A DNA stretch of 64,000 nt from a virus. Of this stretch, positions 21,997 to 30,443 are shown in pieces (the first letter of the stretch is position 1; each line of letters starts with the position of its first letter). The stretch spans positions 1 to 64,000 of the IMG/VR virus record IMGVR_UViG_3300046002_005110; one strand, given 5' to 3'. A model generated the notes under the pieces. The model had not been told where the DNA came from. It saw only the letters and a program-made list of their open reading frames with translations, and searched no databases. Position numbers and translations under genes: made by a program.

Positions 21997-24783
21997 TTAT
22001 GTTATTCCAATCATTGCAATTGTACGTTGATCGGAAATTTCACTTCTAGTCACACTAATCATTTTATCCACTTTTTTAGTCATCATAATTAAAAATTGAT
22101 TAATTATTTCATTAGAGAACGATTGATTATTAGTACCGTTAAATTGTAACTCGGCCGATCCAGAATTTACTGGAGTGACTATTTCATCACCATGTAATAT
22201 AGCCATGTATCCTGTACTTGGTCCACTGAGAATACCTCCAGTTCTTGTTTTTGGAAATGTGTTACCTGCAGAAACAGACTCTTGTACTGGTTGATTTTTT
22301 ATAAAAGATAAATCGGCAGTTTTATCAGATCCCCATTGTCCACTTTGCAAATTTCTCATGTAAGCGTCTTTTTTTCTGTCTTCAGTAATACTATTTGGAT
22401 TTCCAATACTACGAGCAACCTGAGTATATGTGTCAGCGTTTCCATATACTCTTTTATTGGCTGCCATTCCATCTTTCATCATCATAACGGCAATTTTAGC
22501 TGCAATTTTTGGATCATTAGCCAGATCAGGATTACCGACAAGATCAATTCCTAATAGTTTTCCATATTTTGCATAATTATCTTTAAAAGTTATTCCTATG
22601 AATCCACGACCACGATATTTATATCCATCTCCTGGACTAGTATTTCCATATCTACCGCCGTATATAAAATCAAAGAATTGCGCTGGATCTTTTTTTAATT
22701 TAGTAAGTTGATCATAAGACATTTTAGCAAACGCTGATCCTTGACCAAATGATTTTATAATATTTTCATTTGATGTATTTTCATAGGAAATTTCAGATTG
22801 TAATCTAAATCCAGATTCTCCTTCAGCGGTTGCGGCCATAGCGGCGCGAGTATTTGTGTCAGTTACTCCTAAATCATTCATTGCCTGTAATAGTAATTGT
22901 TGATTTTGACTTACACTAGTTGATTGAGATCCAGACGGCATTCCGCTGGTCGGAGTGCTTGATGTTCCTGCAGCATTAGGTGTTCCAGATGATGTTCCAG
23001 CAGTATTAGCAGATCCAGATGATGGGGGTGCACCAACTGTTTTTCCAAATCCTGCTTTTTGATCTTCTTCCTCTCTTATTTTTGATGCATTTTTTATTAG
23101 TTCTTCTTGTATCTTTATGTTTTCTCTATCAATCTGTATCTGTTCTTTAATATTTTTTAAGGCCCTTTCTTTATCAGAAATTAATTTTCTATTTTGTGGT
23201 GAATTAGGGTTTTTCTTAAGTTCTTCTAGTTCTTTTTCAAACTTGGCCTGTTTTGTTAAATCATTAGTAAGGTCTGCTTGAAACTTTAAGTTTTTATTAA
23301 TTGCAATACGTTCTTCTTTTCTTGCTGTCAAAAAAGCTGGAATTCCTTTATCACCAACTAAACCATATAATTTCTCAACTAAATATTCTATTCCACCAGC
23401 AACTTTATTCATTACTGTTGTCATCGTTTTACTACCAGTAGATAATTGATCAATATTTCTAGATGTTGCGTACAGTGATCTTCTAGTTCGTGCTAAATTT
23501 GCATCAGTGGTACCAGTTTCTGCTAAATCTTTTTTTCTTTTTTCATTTAGTTCTTCTTGATCTTTTAAAAGTTCAGCCTCTGATTTAAACACAGAATTTT
23601 GTGCCGCAATATATGATGCCCCAACAATATTACCATCGCCTATATATTTAACTGTATCTCTCGTAGATGATTCATAACGCTTAAGTGATTCTGTAACTTT
23701 TGCATAAAACGCATTTATGTCTCCTCCAGCTCTTAATTTTGATATTTCGGTCTCTACATCCATTCCGCCAGCTCTAAGAGCATATAATGAAGCCTGTTCT
23801 TTTTCACTAACTCCTGTTGCTTCACTGGCAATGGCATCTTGAATACCTTCTCCAAAAGCCGGAGAAAGAGCTTTAAGTCTAGGCAACAACATATCTATGT
23901 TGCCTCTTATTTTTACATCCAATGGAGCAATACCAGCCATGTATCTGGCATCTCTGGTTTGATCCATCATTTGTTCTTGAAGTTCTTTTCTAGTAACACC
24001 TGTTATCTTACTTAAGGTATCAAGTTTTTCTATATATTGTAAAGACCCAGTAGTAAGTTCTTTATCTGTTATTCTTGTTCCTAATGATAATTTTTCCTGT
24101 CTGGTGATATAATTTATTTGCATTTCAGCAAAATCTGCAGCACTAATTCCTATTTGTTGAAATGATTCTGCTACCGTTTTAGTTTCAAATGCTATATCCT
24201 GAAGACGCTTTCTTCCCTCACCTGCCGAACCTCCAAAAACTGCCAATTCTTTACTATATTTTGATAATACTTTATCAGTATCAGAAAATGTTAAGCCTAA
24301 AGTGTTAGCTGATACTTTTAAATCTTCAAACGTTGATATTACACCAGTATCAGCCAACTTTTCAAAATTACCATACGCTTTTGAAAATTGACCAATCATA
24401 AACTTAGTTATTTCGGATGCACCCTCAACTACGCCTCCAATAATATCACCTACATAAGGTATTGGAATTAGTTGAGCTGCACTACTAATTAGTTTTGCCG
24501 AAAGCATGATGGCTTGATTGATACTATCAAAACCCTCTTTACTACCACTAGCAGATGTTAGACCGACTGTTAAACGATACATATCCTTAATCGTCGATTC
24601 GGCCAATTCAATTGCTTCTTTTTTTATCGCCTGTTGTTTTTTTAATGACTCGATTGACTTTTTGTTGGCCAAATCGGCAATAGTCAGATTTTTTTCATCT
24701 AAAGATAATTGAGACGCAAAACTTCCGAAACCTGTATTAAGGTCATTAATTTCATCCGAAGTTCCTAAATTATTATCAGCCAT
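21997..24783 (-). CDS. Tape-measure-like protein with GH19 chitinase/lysozyme-like domain
   Basis: Helical region paralogous to 19573..21981; GESGF...E, YGGRYGN...GDGYKYRGRGFIGITFKDNY; C-terminal GGILSGPSTGYMAILHGDE. Confidence 0.8.
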   Translation of the reverse strand: MADNNLGTSDEINDLNTGFGSFASQLSLDEKNLTIADLANKKSIESLKKQQAIKKEAIELAESTIKDMYRLTVGLTSASGSKEGFDSINQAIMLSAKLISSAAQLIPIPYVGDIIGGVVEGASEITKFMIGQFSKAYGNFEKLADTGVISTFEDLKVSANTLGLTFSDTDKVLSKYSKELAVFGGSAGEGRKRLQDIAFETKTVAESFQQIGISAADFAEMQINYITRQEKLSLGTRITDKELTTGSLQYIEKLDTLSKITGVTRKELQEQMMDQTRDARYMAGIAPLDVKIRGNIDMLLPRLKALSPAFGEGIQDAIASEATGVSEKEQASLYALRAGGMDVETEISKLRAGGDINAFYAKVTESLKRYESSTRDTVKYIGDGNIVGASYIAAQNSVFKSEAELLKDQEELNEKRKKDLAETGTTDANLARTRRSLYATSRNIDQLSTGSKTMTTVMNKVAGGIEYLVEKLYGLVGDKGIPAFLTARKEERIAINKNLKFQADLTNDLTKQAKFEKELEELKKNPNSPQNRKLISDKERALKNIKEQIQIDRENIKIQEELIKNASKIREEEDQKAGFGKTVGAPPSSGSANTAGTSSGTPNAAGTSSTPTSGMPSGSQSTSVSQNQQLLLQAMNDLGVTDTNTRAAMAATAEGESGFRLQSEISYENTSNENIIKSFGQGSAFAKMSYDQLTKLKKDPAQFFDFIYGGRYGNTSPGDGYKYRGRGFIGITFKDNYAKYGKLLGIDLVGNPDLANDPKIAAKIAVMMMKDGMAANKRVYGNADTYTQVARSIGNPNSITEDRKKDAYMRNLQSGQWGSDKTADLSFIKNQPVQESVSAGNTFPKTRTGGILSGPSTGYMAILHGDEIVTPVNSGSAELQFNGTNNQSFSNEIINQFLIMMTKKVDKMISVTRSEISDQRTIAMIGIT

Positions 24784-24791
24784 TTTTTCTC

Positions 24792-24829
24792 ACTAAATAG
24801 TGAAGACAGTCCACTTACTATTATTTAGC
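24792..24829. promoter_or_regulatory. Pair of face-to-face late promoters
   Basis: ACTAAATA on + (24792-24799) and GCTAAATA on - (24822-24829). Confidence 0.6.
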
Positions 24830-24862
24830 CTATTATTTTTAGCACTTACAAGGAAATCAATT

Positions 24863-25690
24863 ATGTCAGATCAAAACCCATTAAAACAGTATTTTCGTAG
24901 ACCAAGTATCTATTTCAAACTTCCTAGTATGGGAAAATTTTATTCATCTGGAATTGTCAATATTCCAGAAAACGGTGAATTGCCAGTTTATCCAATGACT
25001 GCCGTAGATGAAATGACCGTTAGAACTCCAGACGGATTATTCAACGGTGCAGCAGTTGTTGATTTGATCAAAAGTTGCGTACCAAATATTATTGATCCAT
25101 GGAAATTAAATAATATTGATTTGGATGCTACTATTATTGCTATTAAAGCCGCGGCCGGAGATGGAACACTGGCAATTTCATCACAATGTCCGTCATGTAG
25201 TGAAGAAACAGAATACAATATTAACTTAATGCCAATATTAGCTAATATGAAAAATGTTGATTATGATTCTGTTATGAAAGTTAGAGATTTAGTAATAAAA
25301 TTCAGACCACTAACATATATAGAAACAAATCAAAATGGATTAGATCAGTTTAATATTCAAAAAACATTGGCCACTCTTGAAGATTATCAAGATGATGAAC
25401 AAAAAAGTCAAGTTATGACTAATACTTTAAAACGATTAGGTGATTTAGTTGTTAGTATTATTGCATCAACTATTGAATCAATATCTACACCAGAATCAGT
25501 AGTAACAGATAAAAATTACATTATTGAGTTTTTAAATAATTGTGATAAAAATACAAATAATGCCATTAAAGATCGTAGTATACAATTACGTGAACAAAAT
25601 GAATTGGATCCTATTGATATTAAATGTCCTAGCTGTGCACATGAATACAAACAAAAAATTGTATTGAACGTCACTGATTTTTTCGAATAA
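24863..25690 (+). CDS. gp26: Baseplate hub assembly protein (gp26-like) / tail assembly chaperone
   Basis: NPLKQYFRRP, YPMTAVDE, two CPSC motifs, ends DFFE. Start moved to ATG 24863 after an AAGGA SD. Confidence 0.8.
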   Translation: MSDQNPLKQYFRRPSIYFKLPSMGKFYSSGIVNIPENGELPVYPMTAVDEMTVRTPDGLFNGAAVVDLIKSCVPNIIDPWKLNNIDLDATIIAIKAAAGDGTLAISSQCPSCSEETEYNINLMPILANMKNVDYDSVMKVRDLVIKFRPLTYIETNQNGLDQFNIQKTLATLEDYQDDEQKSQVMTNTLKRLGDLVVSIIASTIESISTPESVVTDKNYIIEFLNNCDKNTNNAIKDRSIQLREQNELDPIDIKCPSCAHEYKQKIVLNVTDFFE

Positions 25691-25726
25691 GGCTTCTTCA
25701 TCTCAATCCGGATGAGATCAAGAAGC
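25678..25726 (+). promoter_or_regulatory. Candidate -1 programmed ribosomal frameshift signal
   Basis: T TTT TTC heptamer (25678-25684), 7-nt spacer, hairpin GCTTCTT-c-ATCTCA/TGAGAT-c-AAGAAGC (25692-25726). Confidence 0.72.
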
Positions 25727-25737
25727 TGACAGATGAC

Positions 25738-25914
25738 ATGGAAAAAGAAAGAATGAATATTCCGTTTAATGCTCAAAAACTAGCTTGGTTTATGAGAGGA
25801 GGAATTGATTTCAATGACATAATGAACATGAGTCATGCAGAAATTGACAATATTAATAAAATCATTGATGAACATATGGAGACTACTAAGAAAACCAAAT
25901 TACCTTTCTTCTAA
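25738..25914 (+). CDS. gp51-like small ORF, probably the -1 frameshift extension of the gp26-like gene
   Basis: 58 aa, below the ORF track cutoff: MEKERMNIPFNAQKLAWFMRGGIDFNDIMNMSHAEIDNINKIIDEHMETTKKTKLPFF. Frame is open back to the slippery site at 25678. Confidence 0.75.
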   Translation: MEKERMNIPFNAQKLAWFMRGGIDFNDIMNMSHAEIDNINKIIDEHMETTKKTKLPFF

Positions 25915-25920
25915 TATTAA

Positions 25921-26410
25921 TAGATGAACTACGTTCATCTGCCAGTGACCTATCGGTACACTGGCATTTTTATATCTTGAGATTATATATGTGAAAAGAT
26001 GTTTTGTGTCACTAAAAGCGAGTGATAACGAGCGATGTGACACAATACGGGTTGTTGAGCGTAGCGATACAACCCATTACTTAGATATGCATATAAGTAA
26101 AAACGTTTAAACTCACTGAATAAAGTACAATCACCCCCCTCTTTTTCTTCTATTAAACCAGATATTTTCTCTGGGGGAAGAACGTTCGCCGAAGCACCGA
26201 TAAAACCCATAACTATTTGTCATTGATCTGTTGACGCAGTAAAATTCCTTCCGAGAGGATGGTTACGTTTAGAGACTAGTTGCGCTTAGTATTGTCCGCG
26301 CTTTGGTCTTACTCCACAGACAGTGGTCGGATTGTCTGTAACGTTTCTAGTTAGATTAGACAGGTAATTGTTTGACCTGTGGGCTACATGATGTTTCATG
26401 TGCCTTGCTC
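25921..26410. other. Hairpin-dense non-coding block (candidate origin or structured ncRNA)
   Basis: At least nine inverted repeats in ~490 nt between convergent operons; no credible ORF. Confidence 0.55.
25940..25972 (+). terminator. Probable intrinsic terminator after the gp26/gp51-like genes
   Basis: TGCCAGTG-ACC-tatc-GGT-a-CACTGGCA followed by TTTTT. Confidence 0.55.
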
Positions 26411-26423
26411 TGTTTAGTGTAGT

Positions 26424-27020
26424 TTAGATTGTGTTTAAAGTGTTGTTAGACTTGGTGTCAGTTGAGTATTTTGTAGATTGTTGATTAGATGAGAGTAGTT
26501 TGACCAATGATCCATATCTCTGAAAAAATGGTTCAAACGAGTATATATTCCAAGCACCATGTACTCTAGTTGAATAAGTTACATGATTGAGATCCATCCA
26601 CAAACCAGTTTGTTGTTGCTGATGATGTAGAATAGATGTCTTGACTTGTACTGCTACATAGCGACCTTTACGATTAAACTTCATTAATAAGATATTGAAG
26701 TCACCAGGATCACTAGCGGTCATCAATTGATCTATCCACGTTTCCAATTGCTTAGATTCGTCAAATAGTTGATGAAATTGAAAATCAGCATAAAACTTAC
26801 ATTCACAATTAAACAATGGAAAACTTTGACCAGGAATAATATCCCCTTTAAAGTTTCTAATTTGTCCCTCATGTAATATTTGTTTACGATGACTATTAGT
26901 ACCACCAGTATAAGCACCAGAACCAGGTGCTCTCATGAAATTTTCTCCATATAACTCTGATAGAAATTTGGAAACTTCACGTTCAAACCCACTTCCTTTG
27001 TTTTTACTTTTACTTGGCAT
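26424..27020 (-). CDS. PD-(D/E)XK Holliday junction resolvase-like (Hjc-like) nuclease
   Basis: SKNKGSGFERE, GDII, ECK motifs; ATG 5 nt after GATAAGTA (27026-27033). Confidence 0.78.
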   Translation of the reverse strand: MPSKSKNKGSGFEREVSKFLSELYGENFMRAPGSGAYTGGTNSHRKQILHEGQIRNFKGDIIPGQSFPLFNCECKFYADFQFHQLFDESKQLETWIDQLMTASDPGDFNILLMKFNRKGRYVAVQVKTSILHHQQQQTGLWMDLNHVTYSTRVHGAWNIYSFEPFFQRYGSLVKLLSSNQQSTKYSTDTKSNNTLNTI

Positions 27021-27057
27021 GGTAATACTTATCTCTTGATTGTTAAATTTAAAAATT

Positions 27058-27297
27058 TTATGTCCAGTCAGTTATAAACTGATCTTTGACTTCTACATTG
27101 GGAAATAACCAACGTGATACAAAATCAGTTTGGTGTTCTGCCGTACAATTATGATCAGTCAACCATGATTCAATATCTTTCCAATTTGGTCCAACATGAA
27201 CAATGTTGACGATTAATTCATTATCAGTATTAAAATTTATAACATATAAATTTCGTGATAACTTACTTATTTTAATTTTTTCATAATTTATTTTCAT
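27058..27297 (-). CDS. Hypothetical protein
   Basis: 79 aa, ATGA overlap with the gp46 stop. Confidence 0.6.
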   Translation of the reverse strand: MKINYEKIKISKLSRNLYVINFNTDNELIVNIVHVGPNWKDIESWLTDHNCTAEHQTDFVSRWLFPNVEVKDQFITDWT

Positions 27298-29381
27298 ACC
27301 TGAGTCTCCATGGTAGTTTCATATGATGTGAATCCGCCCTCTTTAATAACTTTTAGAACACTGGATACACGATTTGTTAGTTCATCTCTGTGTGAGACAA
27401 GCCATACTGATTTGTTACGTCTACGTGACATATCTTTTAGTAGAGCAATACTATTTTCAACTCCAATAGTATCTAAACCATTATCAATCAACTCATCAAC
27501 AAATAATACATTGATAGGACTATATAGTGATTCATATACATCTCTAAATGAAAAAGATAGCCCAAGGATCAGTCTATTACGCTCACCACGACTTAGATTA
27601 TCAAAGTCTAGCTCACGACCTAGCTCAGTGATTTCAACTGTTAAATCATTCTGAAATACAACTGTGTGTGGTAACCCCATGGCATCCAAATAGAAAGACA
27701 GACGACTGTTCAAATAAGTTAAATTTTGTTCAATAATCTTTTTACGAACGAAAGATTTTTTGTTTGTCAACAAATCTAACAAGTATTCTTGATGTTGCAT
27801 GACTCTTGTTAGTTGATTGATATGATCAAATGATACAGTTTGAATGGCTTCACGTTCCATTTCGGCGATTTGATCTATATATGGATCAGTTTCATCATGT
27901 TTATTGGCAATTTGATCCAATAATGAACTAACTCTAGATGAATGTTTAATTGCCTGATCTTCTGTATCATAATGAGTTACAGGTAACTCACCACATACAA
28001 TCTCGTCAGCACTAATATCAATTATCTGTAGATCGTATGGGTCTTGTTCCTGACGTTTGTTCTCAATTTCTATTTGTAAATTCAATACAGTATAACCATG
28101 TTTAATGGCATCACTTTCATTCTTATAATGTGTTACTGGCGTAATATTTATAACAATCACCGAATCATTAAGTAATTCAAGTTGACTGTTAAGATCAAAT
28201 ATTCTGACTAACGATAAATCCAATGATTCATTCTTTAATTTTAAGACTGATTCATGATTATGATCATGAAAATCTTGTCCACATGCATAACATTTGTTTT
28301 CTTTTAGAGTTTTTATTTCATTTTCTATCTTCTCAGAGTTTTTGGTTTCTTTATCTAGTTCAAGTTTAACTCTAACAATATCTTTTTTTATAGTATTCTG
28401 ATCAACAACTTGTTGATTGTATACGGCTAAGTCTTTATGAGCCTGCAATTCAGCATCAATATTAATTGAATTGAGTTTCTCAAGTTTTTCACTCAATGAT
28501 TTGATATCATTGGATCGTGATTGTTTCCAACTTGTTTGTCTAGCGACTAAACTATCATAACGATTTTTCTTTTCTAGACAATCATTATAAATGGATAGGT
28601 CTTTGTGTGACTTGAGTTCTAGATTAATGTCAATCTTACTCAACTCATCATATTCGTTAACTAGTTTAGTTAAATCTTCATCATGTTTTGTTTTCCATAA
28701 ACGTTGACGACGTTTGAGATTCTCAATCTGTTCACCAATACGTTTATTGGCTTCTTCAAGCGCACGTATACGATACTCTTCCTGTTGAATATCATCTTTG
28801 GTCTGTTTGTTCAGTATCTTAATGGCATCAGCTTTTTCAGATAAGATAGTAACACCCAATAACTGTTCAATGATAACACGTTGATCATTGGCTTTAAGTG
28901 ATAGAAATGGTTCGTTGTAAGTATTCAGACCAACAATGTGTCTGAACATATCACTACTCATGTGTAAGACCTTTTCAATAGCGTCCTGAGTTTCACGACT
29001 GTCACCTTGACTGTCATTGGTCTCTTCACTAGCCATTTCTTGATCATTTACATAAAATTTCAAAAATGTAGGTTTACGTCCACGTTCAATTCGGTATTCA
29101 ATATCATCTACTGAGAATGATAGTGTTACAACCATGGCTTTACCATTGGTTCTATTTATAAGATTGTCTTTTTTGATGTTGTTGATACCACCACCAAAAA
29201 GAGCATAAGATAATCCTTGCAAAATACTAGTTTTACCGGTACCATTTTTAGCCCCATCACCACCTAAATCTAGATTTTCACCTAGAATTAACGTTAGGTC
29301 TTGATTGTTGAAATCGACTGTTTGACTAACAGCGCCAATAGATAGAAAGTTCTTAAGAGTTAAAATACCAAGTGTAATCAT
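27294..29381 (-). CDS. gp46: Recombination endonuclease ATPase subunit (gp46, Rad50/SbcC-like)
   Basis: KNFLS, Walker A NGTGKT, CYAC zinc hook, LSRGE signature, FVDE Walker B, VSH. Confidence 0.95.
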   Translation of the reverse strand: MITLGILTLKNFLSIGAVSQTVDFNNQDLTLILGENLDLGGDGAKNGTGKTSILQGLSYALFGGGINNIKKDNLINRTNGKAMVVTLSFSVDDIEYRIERGRKPTFLKFYVNDQEMASEETNDSQGDSRETQDAIEKVLHMSSDMFRHIVGLNTYNEPFLSLKANDQRVIIEQLLGVTILSEKADAIKILNKQTKDDIQQEEYRIRALEEANKRIGEQIENLKRRQRLWKTKHDEDLTKLVNEYDELSKIDINLELKSHKDLSIYNDCLEKKNRYDSLVARQTSWKQSRSNDIKSLSEKLEKLNSINIDAELQAHKDLAVYNQQVVDQNTIKKDIVRVKLELDKETKNSEKIENEIKTLKENKCYACGQDFHDHNHESVLKLKNESLDLSLVRIFDLNSQLELLNDSVIVINITPVTHYKNESDAIKHGYTVLNLQIEIENKRQEQDPYDLQIIDISADEIVCGELPVTHYDTEDQAIKHSSRVSSLLDQIANKHDETDPYIDQIAEMEREAIQTVSFDHINQLTRVMQHQEYLLDLLTNKKSFVRKKIIEQNLTYLNSRLSFYLDAMGLPHTVVFQNDLTVEITELGRELDFDNLSRGERNRLILGLSFSFRDVYESLYSPINVLFVDELIDNGLDTIGVENSIALLKDMSRRRNKSVWLVSHRDELTNRVSSVLKVIKEGGFTSYETTMETQV

Positions 29382-30394
29382 ATGTTCCTATAAATATCCA
29401 ACAATAACTTCTTGTCAAATGTTCCTTGTTCCAAACTTTCAATTTGTGTTTGAATAATTGTATCCACGCTTTCAAATTGAGTATCTGAATTATCTGGATT
29501 ATTGTCTGTGAAATCTCGTTTGATAGGAATCAATGTAAGTTCTCTAAGATGATGTTCTGGCATGAGTTTTTCACGAATGAAACTTGCCTCTTCAAACGAG
29601 ATATCAATATCTAGATTGATTCTAACATAACTATCAGACAATAACAAGCCACTTGGATCATCCAATACATCACTTAAATTATATACACGATACTTAGGGG
29701 CATTAGGCCAACCAAAATACATGGGTTCTTTGTCCCATTCTAATACCATCATGCCACGTTTATCATCACCAGCATCGGCATAGTTATGAGGGAAGGCATT
29801 TCCAATATAGGTAATGTTATTTTTCTTTTGACGTTTGTGAAAATGACCACTAAATACGGCTTCATATCCATTTAAATGTTCACTTTGAATTTCTTTATAA
29901 TCTGGCATTTGAATCATGGCATTCATAAAGAAATTTGGAAGTTCTAGATGAGAGAATACATATTTCCCTTTCATCTTTTTAAGACGTTTCCATTCATCTC
30001 CAACGATCCACGGAATGATAGTTACATCTCCCTGTGTGAACCATTCATCTATTATAATGACATTTGGAAGATGTTTTGCCCATTCTACTGAATGAGTATC
30101 TCTTTTATCTCTATAAAACATATCGTGATTACCCACGATAAAGTATATTTTATCAAATGCCGCACTTAACTTTTCAAGACCTCTAAGACTAAACTGTAGA
30201 GTTTGAATATTAATAGCGGCACGATTATGATGCCAATCTCCTAGAAAGAAACAAGTTTCACAGTTTTGTTTTTTAGCAGTTTCAATAAACCAATCAACGA
30301 AATTTGTACAATCCGTATTATGTTGTATTGAATTGTTTTTCAAACCCCAATGAATATCAGTGAATGTTGCTGCTTTTTTGAATAAATTTGTCAT
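29378..30394 (-). CDS. gp47: Recombination endonuclease nuclease subunit (gp47, Mre11/SbcD-like)
   Basis: DIHWG, LGDWHH, GNHD, SGHFH metallophosphoesterase motifs. Confidence 0.95.
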   Translation of the reverse strand: MTNLFKKAATFTDIHWGLKNNSIQHNTDCTNFVDWFIETAKKQNCETCFFLGDWHHNRAAINIQTLQFSLRGLEKLSAAFDKIYFIVGNHDMFYRDKRDTHSVEWAKHLPNVIIIDEWFTQGDVTIIPWIVGDEWKRLKKMKGKYVFSHLELPNFFMNAMIQMPDYKEIQSEHLNGYEAVFSGHFHKRQKKNNITYIGNAFPHNYADAGDDKRGMMVLEWDKEPMYFGWPNAPKYRVYNLSDVLDDPSGLLLSDSYVRINLDIDISFEEASFIREKLMPEHHLRELTLIPIKRDFTDNNPDNSDTQFESVDTIIQTQIESLEQGTFDKKLLLDIYRNI

Positions 30395-30400
30395 CTAGTG

Positions 30401-30429
30401 ATTATACAGTATGAAAATTGATTAATCAA
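30401..30429 (-). promoter_or_regulatory. Sigma70-like promoter of gp47, leaderless geometry
   Basis: TTGATT-17 nt-TATAAT-cactag-ATG. Confidence 0.65.
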
Positions 30430-30443
30430 TATTTTCGGAGTGA

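Noticed and set aside
24800-24862. ORF-track N-terminus MKTVHLLLFSLLFLAL looks like a signal peptide
   Set aside because: The GTG start abuts the promoter motif; an AAGGA SD supports ATG 24863 instead
25983-26210. 75-aa ORF in the hairpin block
   Set aside because: No recognisable motif or SD, and it crosses several stems; treated as spurious
25915-26423. tRNA, tmRNA or group I intron in the intergenic block
   Set aside because: No cloverleaf, T-loop or intron core motifs recognisable by eye; a covariance-model search is still needed
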